A stretch of DNA of 63,206 bases, filler included, from Choristocarpus tenellus KU-1152 (GCA_964200185.2; 9 parts of 9 records of this genome joined end to end with filler, not necessarily neighbours in it), one strand, 5' to 3'. Positions 49,151-62,234 are shown, counted from the whole stretch's first letter. Notes: generated by a model not told the origin, from the letters alone. Program-made: numbers and translations.

Positions 49151-49404
49151 GAGCCAAAATATCTTGGAGGGTAGAGCCGCGTCTATTTGAGGACCAAAAT
49201 CCAATGTTGCAATTTTGATGTAATTTTGCCTATCATATCTGTTAGGAAGTGTCCATATCCTTGTTCTAGTCACAACTTTTCATAACGCATATATTTTACC
49301 TACTCCCAAAACATTTGGAGTAGGAAAATGTAAAAAAAAAACTTACGGGAAGCCAAGCCCCAAACAAACAGGGCAAAACTCGTACCCTCTCAGATACTTC
49401 ACTC
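49151..49404 (-). mobile_element. MITE family A, TSD TGT
   Basis: Filled site cgacaTGT[MITE]TGTacctgag versus empty paralogous site cgataTGTatctgag (minus strand ~17265-17280). Confidence 0.92.
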
Positions 49405-50086
49405 TGTACCTGAGGATTCGCCTCTCCAGGAAGAAGCGACAGCTCGCGGTGGGGAATGTATGCATTGTGCGAAAGGAGCCATTGGAGTACAATGGGTTGG
49501 AGTTCCTGCCATTCACTGTTACATTAGAAGAAGACCATTAAATGGAACGCCAGGTATCATTCCAGCTATGGGAGGATGTTCAGTTCCTTTGGTGAGGTGG
49601 TCTTTGTCAGGGAAGACTTCGAGGTGTTGAGTGCCACCTTTGTTGACAGAGTGCAAACAGTTCGCCTGATGTGTGCAGACAGGGTGAGCTACGCTAGGTT
49701 TTTTCTGAACAGTAATTACTATGTAATACTGAACCAAATGTCTATTGTTTTGCAATACCATATTCGGGAAGATTCAGAGAATTAAAAAATATATATTCTA
49801 AACAAAATTATTTTGTGTAGATTTCTTTCCCGTCAGGAGTACATGACATTTTATGCTTGTTTCGGTTCTTATCATTGGCGTCAAACAACACCTGTCCACC
49901 ATAACACCACGGTGTTACATAAACATCTTCACGTTCGCCCCCATTACCCTTCGTTAATAACACCAAAAAATTGTTGTGGCACTGCAGGACGCACAAGCGG
50001 GTCCCCATGCCGTCCCCCTTCAGGCTATCCTCATCCCTGACTTCACACACCTTCGTCACAAAAGCCTGGATGAGACATTCATCATC

Positions 50087-50206
50087 CTACCTGGACAATA
50101 CCAGAGGTTCACTTCGGAATCCAATCAGCAATCCCTTGGTGGGATCCTGCCTGGACAATACCAGAGGTTCACTTCGGAATCCAATCAGCAATCCCTTAGT
50201 GGGATG
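50087..50206. repeat. 60-bp in-frame tandem duplication inside the transposase relic
   Basis: cctggacaataccagaggttcacttcggaatccaatcagcaatccctt occurs twice. Confidence 0.9.
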
Positions 50207-51957
50207 CCTGTTCACTTCTCAAGGCAATTACAGACTCGGAGAAACATTTGATGCCAAGTTTGGATGAGGCGCCAGTTTAATCCTATGCAGGAGTAGGATG
50301 CTACTGTGCGGGAGGAGGTCCATGACGTTGATGATGTAGACAATTCTGGGGCATAAATTTACTCTGTGTGTCACCCAAGGAGATGATGGCAAGAACTCAA
50401 GAATTCCTTGCTGCCTGGGCTGAGGTCGTTCATCACAGAGGACGAGATCGAGGAGGGGGTCAAACAACTACGGGAGAAGGAGAAGGGGGACCGTGATGAG
50501 GCTGCAGCCGACTGTGTCATCCAATGCAGATGGATCGCCAGGTAAAGCGTAGAGAGGAGGGGAAGGATGCCGAGGGATACATCCCCCTAGAACCGTCACT
50601 GAGGGTTGTGCCGGATTTGGACGAGGGAGGAACACTTCATGCAAGAGCCAAGGACAGGGGACTGTACCTTTGATGGGACAATCAGTGGATGCGAGAGACC
50701 GTGACCGGATACCAGCGCAAACACAGAGTGAGAATGGAAGAGGAGCGAGTCATCTATCCCGATGAGGTGAAATGGGAGAATGGCAAGGTGTGAGATATCC
50801 AGCTTGTTGTAGAACGGTAAAGAACAGAGCAAGACGCCCCTACATGGGCATGGTTCTGGATGAGCCCCACATTGTGTAATGCAGAAGAGAGACTGGGCAT
50901 CGGACACACTATAATCTGTATTCATACTCGTGTGCCACCCTATACTTCATTGATCCATGTCATGGAGATCTTGTGCTAGGGAGGTCAGACTTTGTTGGTG
51001 CGGGAGTGCACTTTTAAATTTATTATAGTCGGTTTTAGATATTTTTCCATCATTTACGTAGACGTGAACTACTACACCTTCGTTTATTGTCCTCATTACT
51101 ATTGATGTTTTTTATTTTATGTGTTTATCAATTATTTCCTGTATGACTATTGGTATCCGTCATAGCATATTGGAAATCATAGAACTTCAACATCGGAATT
51201 ATAATTTGCGTGTGTGTATATTATATAGAGTACCTCTTCTTACATCATAATCAAATATACATCACAATGAAATGTAATGAATTTATTATGTCCTGTTGTT
51301 GTGTGGTCTTTTATATGTAGCGCTTCTTCGATGCTATACCGAAACACTCGACAAAGATTGTGCATTCATATCTCCGTGATAAACTACTTTAGGATAATTG
51401 ATGTGACATTTTACACTTGACGAGGGACATAATCTAATTCCTCAATACAAACTCGAATCTACCTGCAAGATATTAATCCAAGGGGCATGTCCTTGTGAAT
51501 ACCACGCACAAGAATTCTCCTTCACGCCCTTAGAATGCTTCAACACAAACGTCATTGATAGACGAATAGTCCAACCACTACAGCTGATATACTCTATTGT
51601 GGTTAATAACACGGTCCAAACCTCAATGGGAAAAATCTACAGAAAATAACCATTAATTGACACCTCTTTAAAACAACACCAACCCTCAACCCCAAAACGA
51701 TATATGTGTTAAGGTATCCCCAAAATCATCAAAAAGAGGATAAAGGTGATAAACCCGGAGAGATTGCTTGGTGTCTGTAGAGTGATTGATTAAATTTGGG
51801 TGGGGCATGCAGCACTCCATAACAACGGATATATTTTCTTTTTATATGAGAAATTTCNNNNNNNNNNNNNNNNNNNNNNNNNNNNNNNNNNNNNNNNNNN
51901 NTTAATTAATTAANNNNNNNNNNNNNNNNNNNNNNNNNNNNNNNNNNNNNNNNNNNN

Positions 51958-54577
51958 ACCCGCGCTCCTTGCATGAGCCTTACCCTTGCCCTTGCCCCTG
52001 CCCCAGCCCCTGCCCCGACCCGCCACTTCGTACCCCACCGATCCAGACCCTTCACTGCCCTCCTGTGCCATGGGGCAATTGATACATAATCGATCCTTGT
52101 GCCTCTCGTCGTCTATAATCTCCGCGTAGGCACATTCGCCCATATGCATGATGGAGCACTTTGGGCATGAATACCTGTCGCGCGTGTCATTGAGTCAGAG
52201 CGTTAAACAGATAGGATAGTATTTTTCCAGATCGTTAATTGGGCGCAACAACACATTGCGGGGATCCACGGTTACGAAGGACCACGAAATTGGCCGCGGA
52301 AAACAGCACGAAGTAGTACAGGTGAGATACAACAGTCGGTGATGTACATGCATTAACACACAATCGGACAGTGACAAATAAAGAGACGTGGGGGTAGTGA
52401 CCACAGCGCCGCACATAGAGGGACCCCGCAACATACCATGGATTCAATGGCGTGCGCCGCTGAAAAGATACAACGTATCTATCCGTTCGGGGGATTGGAT
52501 GGAAACCAATTGTTGAATCTATTATTTACACTCCGCCCTCGTGTGCACCGTTACAACTACATTACTCACCGAGACGTAGGTGGAGGATTGCATTCAGTAC
52601 AGCGAACGTCCGCGTTCCACCCTCCATAGTCGTTTTGTTCTTCTTCCGCACCAGGAACACTGCCGACAGAACCCCCTTCGCCCGTATCCTCCCTGTCTGG
52701 CAGCCCGTTCCCTCCCTCGTCTTCGTCCCCTCCTTTGCGTTCGTCCCCTTCCTCGTCTCCATCCCCTCCTTGGTGTTCGCGCCCTCCCTCGCCTTCTTTC
52801 TCGCAGCCATCTGATGCCGATCCGTTGTTGCTCTCGACTTCTGCGCCACTGCCATCACAGCCCCGCCCGCTGTGAACCTGGTGGAGGTTGACCTAATTGA
52901 GTTCATCCTGGTATTTACCATCCCAGGTGGTGAGGTAAGCGCGTAGAGTCGAATCCTTCTCGAGAATCTAGTAGTGGAGACGGGGGAGGACGTCGTTGAG
53001 GAGAGGAGGGGATGATGGTGACGTCAAGAATGTGATGGTGTAATGGAAGTACGATAGCATGGAGGAGCGAACAGAGCAAACGATATGGTTGACGTGGCGA
53101 ACGTGTTTAATGGAAGCGGCTTGCTGGGTGAAATAGTTTGAAATAAGTCCATGTCGAGGACGCCAATCCATATGTAGGTTTTTTCAGTGATGCGTATTGG
53201 AGGCAGAAGCGAGGTGGAGATTGACCAAGATCGTTGTCTACAGTTGAAGGAAACGATTTGCTATAATATTAGCAACGAAAGACTAGAACTGATAAAACAG
53301 CAAAGTTTGTAGTATGGAAGGTAACTCTGTCGCTCATGATGATGACGAAGATCCACCACCAATCCTACCAAGCATCAACTATTTTTTTCGGTACAAGCCA
53401 TTTCAGCTGTAATTACGAACACAGGAGGCACACTCACGGCTCTTATCCGTTGCAGAGGTTTCATTCCGACTATCGTGAATATGTTTGCCCTCAGTTGGCG
53501 GACGGGCCCCGCCTGTTGGTCGCCAGATGAAACCTTCTGCAGAAGTTGGGCCACCTCCCTCTTCCTATCCTCGTAGTGGGGCTTGAACCAGAGGTCGTGC
53601 ATACTGCACTTCTCGTATGCGAGCCTGTCCATTTCCCTGGCAGCCCGTGCATCATTCACGTAACGTCCGGAATTCAGGGCGGTTTTGCAACAATCAATAA
53701 GTGCGGTGCAGAAAAAGACGCTGATGGTGTATTTTACAATTCAGGGGCGCATGGCGACGTATGGGTGCGCAGGAGATACGGAAAAGGCAAAAAAAGATAA
53801 CCGCTGCAACTGCACTATTTACCAACCTTTGGAGCTCTGGAGTCCGCTTATCCTTGGGCACAATCTGCCTGGTGCGCGAGATAAGCATCTCCGACATGTG
53901 CGCGTCCGATTCGATGTCCTTGTGGTCCCTCGTCGTAGGAGCCTTCCCGTAGAACGACTTGTACCTGCTAAAATAGAATTGCCACGAAGGATGTCAAGGA
54001 GAACGATGCACAGGTTATGAAGAGGAGAGGGTCGCCACTGCAGGAAATATTCATCACTCGATTGTCGTACTTCCTAAAAGACAAGAGCACACATACACAG
54101 GAAACACACACTGTAGAATTACCAGAATACTACGAAGGGATTTTCGTTCGACACAACAATGGCTGACTACATTCTTTATCGTAGGAGACACTTATTTCAC
54201 GCTCCTGTGCAATGTGCTGCGACCTGCATAAACTGTGCTTACTGCTGTCTACACGATAAAACACAGTGGCGTTTTGACTTGCCTAGCGAGCAGGTGGATG
54301 CATAGCCCCTGCTTGAGAGAAGTGAAGCCGGCAAACTCCTCCCTCATCAGATAGTTTAGTGTGACTGTGTTCGGTCAATCTGTGGTGACGAGGTCTCACA
54401 CACTTCCTTCAGTACCTCGAAGGATCTGGTTGAAGGGACTTTACGCCTTGCTGCCAGTTTCGTAGAGTTGTTTTCGCCAGGATAGTAATGCCCACCTTCG
54501 TGATGGGCAGAAAATGGAAAATATTATGCACCCAGCCAGCAAGGATGAGGCATCGTTATTACCACGCCAACACGATA

Positions 54578-54608
<31 letters not shown>

Positions 54609-55906
54609 GCAACACCGCCGAGAAAAAAAAAAAGGAGGGTTNNNNNNNNNNTTATCCCGCGACCACGCTATGTGTGTGTGTGTGTGGGGGGGGGGGTTAA
54701 GGCAACACCGTCGATAAAACAATCAAGGACGCTTTTTATTGCACGTCTGTGGTTAACCACACATACATTCTACATGGTCACCCGAAAATCAATAATTTGG
54801 TTGACAGGATATCTAAACGCGGGATAACTATCTCAACTTAGGTTGAATAGCAGGACGCAGAGATATCTCGCAACAGCTGTAACCCAACTAGAGGAGGAGT
54901 AGAGCGCAACCATCCCACCAATATCGACAACTCTCTCACATTTTGGTACATTCTGCTGATCTCTACTAGTGATACTTGTTTTTTCTTCGTCTGTCGTTTG
55001 ATAGCTTCTTGGAGCTCGTGCTGAAAATATATCTTGTCGTATAACGTGCGCTCAACCACACTCTCGGTCGTGTCATTGAATGCTATAAGCATGGCGGTGC
55101 AGTGAGTGAACGGGACAAGGGTTAGGTGGGGAGCGGTCGCAGGACACACGCAGCCTGCGGCACCGAGAAACATGTTGCTGCGGACAGGAATACCACGAGG
55201 GATAAAAAAGATGAGCAACGAAAAGATCCACAATGGGCTGACTGACAATGAACATAGCAAGGGAAACTCGGCAACAACTTCATATATCAGAATAGTCATC
55301 AGGCGATCATGGAACAACGTCATGATTGTCAACTTACTTTGTTGCTTACTTGATGGTAATAGTCATCAGGCGAACATGGATCAACGAGAACACTCAACTT
55401 ACATTATTGCTTAGTTGATTAGAACGGTCAGGCGATTATGGAACAACGAAAACACTCCATCACCCACCATTGGCAATTAGCCTCTCTTCTGCTTGGTTGA
55501 AGTCCATGTAGATCCGCATGGTGAAAGCGCGCTCGGGATCAAACTCTCTCTTCAGCACCATTACTTTATGGTTTCCGTCCAATACACGCCCTTCAATGGC
55601 AAGTGCAGTTTCGGCGTTGAGCTGATCCACATTACCTAAACAGTCTCGCTGGATGACAACACTTGGAGCAAACTGCTCCAACCAGCCTTTCTCCTTTATA
55701 GACTTCCTCATGGGCAAAAGGCCACGCTCGCTTGAAGGACGCACCATCTCTGTGCATGTGACATTTGTGAGTTTCATCTTGTATGATCCGAGGTAGTGAT
55801 GCTCTAGGAGCTGGGACATGCCCTTCAGAGTTAAGTTCCACGTTCTCGATCCGTGGGCAGCGCCATCGGCAGGCGGGTGGGTTGTTGTTGAGGGAATGTT
55901 GGACAT
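51958..55906 (-). pseudogene. 7-exon gene, lightly degenerate: ParB/Srx-like N-terminal domain, HTH-like region, acidic linker, C4HC3 PHD-like finger; 3' end lost in the gap
   Basis: Exons 55468-55906, 54940-55082, 54283-54495, ~53823-53964, 53438-~53690, 52570-52967, <51958-52174, with matching phases at the 5 checkable junctions. Motifs: VRP..SIKEKGW..P.V..VLDGNHK and CTEC..CPKCSIMHMGEC..CINC. Two apparent frameshifts and one TAG. Confidence 0.7.
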
Positions 55907-57497
55907 GGCAAAGATTGGGAGGGTGTGATGGGGATGGATAAGTAAGAGGTCTGTGTGGTATCTACAGAAGGGAATGAATTGAAATGAGGACTGAGAGATG
56001 GGTTAGGCTGTTTTTTTTCTATTGGTCTGTTGATCCTCAAAACTCAGATTTCACCATTTTTAAGAGAATCGTGTTATAAAAAATACGAATGTCAAACAGC
56101 ATACGATTTCATATTGAACTGGGACAGAGAGTAACTGTATTTTTGTGACCTTTTCGTTTCGTAGCGTTTGAAACGTTTTAGATCAATGAAGGGTGTGGTT
56201 TGTATCTGTATTTCTTGATGTAAAGATTAGAATATCATTCTAATTTGGAAAAACCCTAACGCACGTGTAAAGTGGATCTTTATGTATTCTAGATCCGCGC
56301 TGATCGGTATTACCTGAAGAACNNNNNNNNNNNNNNNNNNNNNNNNNNNNNNNNNNNNNNNNNNNNTTAATTAATTAANNNNNNNNNNNNNNNNNNNNNN
56401 NNNNNNNNNNNNNNNNNNNNNNCCCCCTTTCCCTTTTTTTTGTCCCCCCCCCCCCCCCCCCCCCCAGGTACTTTGGGTCCCAACGACATACTACATAGTA
56501 TAAATGCCCCAAGCAGCTACCAATAGTTGTCCCGTTAACCAAAAACCGCCTTCTGACAGACCCGCAAGTATGGGCCATGAGTGGGAGGATACAGACCAAA
56601 GACTTGTGCAGGCAGAAATTTCCGGAAGGGTACTCTGCAACGTTTATACAGTATGTTGATATATACATATGCTAGCAGCATATACGGAGTATATTCTACG
56701 TGTTCATTCGTTGTTCTTACTGAACCTGGGGGTGTGTGTTGAGTCAGTTATAGTGCTGTTTTTTCGTGGGACTACGATTTGTTTTTTGAACAAGTGCCAA
56801 CATCCCAACAATGCCATGCATGAGACGAAGTGTGTTGCTGCCACAACCCGATACAGAGAACGCATCACCCACTGTAGCACTTGCAAGCTCAAGAGTTGGC
56901 ACTCTTCCCATTGGACCCCAAATACGCGTCTACCACTCAGGTCGATGCTGGGTGTGCACTTCCGCGCCGACAATGTTGATGGCATGCTCTTCGGTGAGCT
57001 CATCGCCATCCGCATCCTGCAAGAGGTTAGTGATACGACTTGAGCGTCCTCTTTCTTAATGCCCACAGGCCACAGACTATTGTCTCAGGCACTGTTCAAA
57101 TGTAACGTTAACACATCATTCCAAGCAAGAGGACTTCCATACGATTAAATCTCTTCACAGGCAATTGTGCTGCCATTCCATGATCGTATTACTACAATAG
57201 TAGAGTAGTTCCTCCTTGGAAATCTCCCTTTTACCCTTTGCGTGCGTATGCGCGATAGAGAGCAGAAAATCTCGCAGGAAGAGCTTCTCTCCGTCAAAGT
57301 CCTTGTTGGTGGTATTGAATACCACTACACTGCACCAGTCAACAACAGCCGACGTATCCCGTTTTCTTCCCACTTTTTGTGTGCGTGTTTGTCATGCAGG
57401 AATTGTCTGGCCTTCCAGAGGGGGACCTGGCCTTCTGGGAGTTCGGCCTCTTCAATGGTGACACAATCAAGGTGCGATGGAGAAGGTTTTAATTTCA

Positions 57498-57755
57498 GAG
57501 TCAAAGCATTTAAGAGGGTAGGGGTTTTGCCCAGTTTGTTCGCTTAAGGCTTGACTCCCCATTTTTTTTTTGTGCCCCTTTTCGGTTTTCTGCGTGAGCA
57601 CAGTTACCTACAATGTATACTTCTATAAAAGGTGTGTCCGGAGCAAGGACATTGACATTTGCTAACAAACACGATAGCCTAAATGAATGAAAATCGCAAC
57701 ATTGGAATATGACCCCAAACGGAAGCGGCCCTTGCCCTCTAAAATGCTTTGGGTC
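57498..57755 (+). mobile_element. MITE family A, variant subfamily
   Basis: gagtcaaagcatttaagagggta ... tgccctctaaaatgctttgggtc; similar to the copy at 6149. Confidence 0.82.
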
Positions 57756-59796
57756 TCCAGATTGTCTTGGCGTGTTGTGTGCACAGGCTGGGCAGATTAG
57801 TTGCTACAGTACGTATATCATTGCCGCCAAGCATGCGCTTTGGCCTACAAACAGCTGCTGCGGTGAGCGTCTTCAGAGCAGATCAATACGTCATCCCTTG
57901 CACAACGCCCACTGCCCACCGACAAAAAGAATAGAAATGAACTTGTGTTGATAACGGGCACTGTGTGGCTCGGGGGCTCTGTGCTCCAGGGGGTGACAAA
58001 CTCATTCTGAAATCAAGGTTTGCTCGACTCTTTTCTCTGGAGCCCCAGAAGGTTTCTTTTGAACCATCCCCTTTTGCTACTCCTCTCGTTCCAGATTGAG
58101 CGCGACGGCAACACCATTGCTGGGATTTTCTTTCCTGGTCCATACAAACCGAACCTCCTTCCCGTGGAAGAGTGAGTTGTACAAGTCTATAGATAGATGA
58201 AGACTCTCACGGATGGGGTGGGTTGCGATTGACCAGTAATGTGTACCGCCGTGGGTATGGTGTTTTCTCTGAAGCAGAACCGAGAACTGTCCTTTTCTTC
58301 CAGCAGTGTGTTACTTCCTGCAGTTGCACATTTCTAACCAAGCACCATCTCCTGGCAGTGACTTCTCGCATTTTTATGGCAACCGCATCTAAGAGTGCAG
58401 ACCTGCTGGGGAGAAACATAAGCTTACTTTACTTTTGTGGTACATCTCCTGAACTGAATTACTTCGAAGTACTTGTAGCCTCTCCAGCGGCTGAATGAGA
58501 CCGTGTTGCTGTCCAACGTCCTGATCTCGCAGATGCAAAGGCAAGGAATGCAAGGATCGGGAGGTGGAGAGAACAAACAAGCTGTACAACAGGGCATACT
58601 AACAGGTGAAACCTTCGAGCTGAGCCAGTCCTCAACCTTGCCAATATTATCGTTCCCTGACAATCTCTTCCAACAAAATTATTTAGTACTCCGGAGTGCA
58701 ACATAAGCGTTTTTGATACTTTTCGTATCACTACTTCTAGTACATGTGCTAGAACGTGGAATGTGCGGAATAGATCAAGTTAAGCACAGGTTGACCCCCT
58801 CAAAGGGGTCATGACCTGCATGAACAAATGCTGTCATCCAGTTCCCACGAATTTCCTCGGGGTGGGATGTTGAGCTGAAATGGTATAATTGGTGCGCCAA
58901 TATTTGTATACACTCCAGTATATCGTATGTATATATATTACGATTTTTTGTACTTTGTAGTATGTGCTGTAGCACTACTGTAGTGTATAGGCGTATGTAC
59001 ACGCTCGGTTTTGTGTTTTGTGTACGGTACTCTGATCTCTATCCAGCACTTTGAAATTGTACTATTCTGATTAATAAGTAGTATCTTATCACTGCCGTGG
59101 CGTGCAAGACCTCCAGGTTTAACACTACTCGTGGTTGTCTGAGTGAGAGCTTTTGTTATTTTATTTGAGTATATCGTTGAGCTCCTGTGCTCTGTTGTTG
59201 TTTTCTTCCTTCTGATGCCAGCTTCCGCGTGCCTAGAGAATAATTCACCTGCTACACAGTATGCACGCAGGCACAACGGCCCACGGACAAACATGTACTG
59301 TGCACAAGACTGCACCTCAACACAATGCCTATGTCACACGGTGTGTTATTCTTATCTTGTTGCACCTTACAGCAACAACCGCCTAAAATGAATGTGTTTT
59401 GACTTCTAAGGCCCAAAGTATCTGGGGGGGGGGGGTCTACACNNNNNNNNNNNNNNNNNNNNNNNNNNNNNNNNNNNNNNNNNNNNTTAATTAATTAANN
59501 NNNNNNNNNNNNNNNNNNNNNNNNNNNNNNNNNNNNNNNNNNCCCCACAACCCCCCCCAGATACTTTGACCCATCAATGCACCATAGCAATTGGACTCTG
59601 GTGTCCTGTTTGCATATCCCTAGAATTGGAGAAGAGTGAACCTCATGTAGTGGTCGCTAGGAGGTCTATCCTGTTGGTGATTGTACTCAGACCTTTTCTC
59701 ATTCTCCCCTCAGGGGCCTGGAGGCAATAAAATAAAGTATTTGACTTACCTGCTCTAGCATCAACTTGAACCCTAACCCCAATCTTGTCCCTTCAG

Positions 59797-60069
59797 CGAC
59801 AGTTTTGGCGGTGGAGGTGGTAGTGGTGCACACCGAGATCGGGGTGGCGGTGGTGGCTATGGTGGTGGCTATGGTGGCCAAGATAGCAGGAACCGTAGCT
59901 GGGGTGGTGGTGGTGGTAGTACAGGGGGAGGGGGGAGAGGGAGGGCAGAGGACAACAGGGGCAGAGGGGGGGAGAGGAGTGACATGGCAGGAGAGCGTTG
60001 GCAAAGAGATGGTGATGGTGGCCATGGGGGTGTCAGTCATCATCAATCCCGCCAGGGTTACAAGTACAG
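59797..60069 (+). CDS. Gly/Arg-rich (GGGY/RGG-type) exon, possibly from an RNA-binding protein
   Basis: After a pyrimidine tract and CAG acceptor the frame reads DSFGGGGGSGAHRDRGGGGGYGGGYGGQDSRNRSWGGGGG..RGRGG. The 3' boundary is uncertain (stop at 60178). Confidence 0.55.
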
Positions 60070-60180
60070 GTGTTTTAGTGGTGATATAACTTCTTCCTCA
60101 AACATGTTCCGCCCTGGTGTTGTCAGCCTCCAAAGTGTTGTACTGTCTAGCCTTGCTCTGCCCAGTAAAATCTTGTAAGA

Positions 60181-60225
<45 letters not shown>

Positions 60226-62234
60226 CACACTAATAGCTATGCATTTCTTTCTTTTCCTACTCTGGCAAGGTTGGTGCAGGCGGGCACACAGGATGTAGTG
60301 GGTGTAATGCCTCAAATGGTTTGTAATAATTATTCTTCTAGCCTTTTTATTTGTTTTGCGGTTTGGAGCATTTTTTTTTTTTAATGTGAGCTGTCTTGGG
60401 GGGATGTTTTCCTGTTTCTTTGGGTTTGGTGAATTTTTCGTAGATATAGCTTGAACTGTGGCCTATGATGGCGCTGCAGCAGGAAGAGCTGCGTGGGATG
60501 ATAATGGTCTGAAAAAGGTGTTATAGTGTAACCGATTTGGAATTCACTTTGTACTGTGTAATGCCACACTAGTTGGGGAGTCTTATTTGTGCTACCAATC
60601 CCTAACCCTAAATGCGCTTAGAACAGTGTGTTCATTTGCCTTCATAGGGGGACCACTGCTGAAGGAGGTTGTTTTATCCCGTCAGTTACGTCAGTTACGC
60701 ATGGGGTTTGTCCTTTTTTTTGCCGTCGTTGAATGTTGCGCGATGAGATGGAAAAGCCTGCCCAATGTCTGCCAACACCATCAAACCCAAACGGTTCGAG
60801 GAAGTGAACGGTGTTTTCGTAACTGTATTGTGAGGAGAGCGTAGTGTCATTTCGCCTTGTTGTTGGTAGAACTCCTGCATCTGGAATATCACAACATTTT
60901 CCGGGTGTGTTGGTTCTCGTCGGAGCCGCCTGCCTTGCCTGTGTGCTTGAGCAAGTCTCTTTTTATTTTGTGTGCTTTTTTTCTGTGTGTACGATGTACA
61001 TTATTTTTTTTATGTACATGATTTTTTTTTCTTCTGCTCTGAAAAGGGTGTAGTTTGTGCGTGTGTGTGTGTGTGTGTGTGTCAAAAAAAAGTATTGTTC
61101 TCGGTTGGTTCGAACGTTTTTTTTTTTTTTTTTTTTTCAAATTTTTTATCATCTTCTTTTTTTCTTTTTTTAACATCGAGATTCAATATCGACATTCAAC
61201 ATCGACATTCAACATCTTCCCTCGCAACTCTCCAGTCCCTGGTAGTGAAAGACTTGAAGTGGCACCAACGTTTGCTGCGGACTCACTTGCAGTGATGGCT
61301 TGTAGTAATAGACCACACAGCCAGGGCTCTCATACATTGGAGTTTGCATGTCGTGTTGCCCCTACTTTCCTCCCCATCTGCCCTTAAGAAGTACAGGTTT
61401 TTCCTTGTGCTACGTAGTGCTACAGAGCAATCCTGAAGGTCCCCTTTTTTTTTCCTCTGCTAGCTATGAATCACTGCTCAGTGCTACAGAGCGCTGTAGC
61501 ATTTTGATGAGGCTCTAGGCTGCCGCATCTCCTTGTGGACAGCAATTCCAGCGTGTTGTGGTCTGTGACAGGAGTGGTTGCGACATTGTGAATATCTAGT
61601 CATGGGTGGTTTGCAGTGTTGTCCTCTTGGTGAGAGAGAAGTATGGAGAGTGTTTTGAGGAGGTTTGGCTTGGAGATGAAGACAAATTAGTGGTGGCCCA
61701 TTTGAAAGCTGTCTGTACTGCGTTGTATTAAGGCACCTGTACTAAAATGACTGCAGCAGTCTGTACCATGTCCAAAAAAAATTTCCTGGAAAAAACGGGA
61801 ATATATTCTTCAATAAAAAAAAAAGATATATCTATTCTTCTGGTTTATGATAAACGTAAGAAGTGACGGAGGTTTGAGAATTTTCGATAAGAAGGGACTG
61901 TAGGAATATGTTGGTGACACAATCACCTTTCCGACTTGGCCCTGGTGAAAACTCTTTGTTCGAAGAGTTTGGAAGCCCCGTAGTTATTATTCCGTACAGA
62001 CACGGTGATAAATAATACTGTTTGATAACATTTTTTTGTTTTGTTTTGTTTTGTTTTGACTCTAAAAACGCTCGGAGTGAAACACCAAAAAAAAAAAACG
62101 CTGCACGATTTTACCTGAAATTTAAATCTTTTGATTGGAAAGGACCTTCATCTTCATCTTGCAACCGGTTCAAGATGCTGCTCGCGCGCGCTGGTGTCAG
62201 ACGCTTCTGTTTCCAATGTGGCATCTGTTGTTGA

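Larger units (their letters stand above)
46940..50660 (+). pseudogene. Decayed, intron-containing Sola2-like DNA transposase gene, apparently internally deleted
   Basis: Ordered motifs: VYANFRE..KFVKWRPFYI..R|intron 47079-47248|TYICVHH; CVDGTCEMC..KCP..KVMWNQF; FLHHNTTIWQAQQYKNCKSRLPKGHAAMSTDFS; later KISCYCTNC. Stops and a MITE insertion are present. Confidence 0.6.

Noticed and set aside
52562-52921. ORF-track proteins 52562-52921 (-) and 52580-52891 (+)
   Set aside because: These are shadow frames of a low-complexity exon. Splice phases support the third, acidic frame, which contains one stop.
59410-59572. A single family B element spanning the linker, proving contig adjacency
   Set aside because: The flanks are TAA and ATC, so there is no matching TSD.
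59699-60089. Thr/Pro-rich (-) and Val-rich (+) ORFs
   Set aside because: Probably shadows of the Gly-rich plus-strand frame, which has a good acceptor site.
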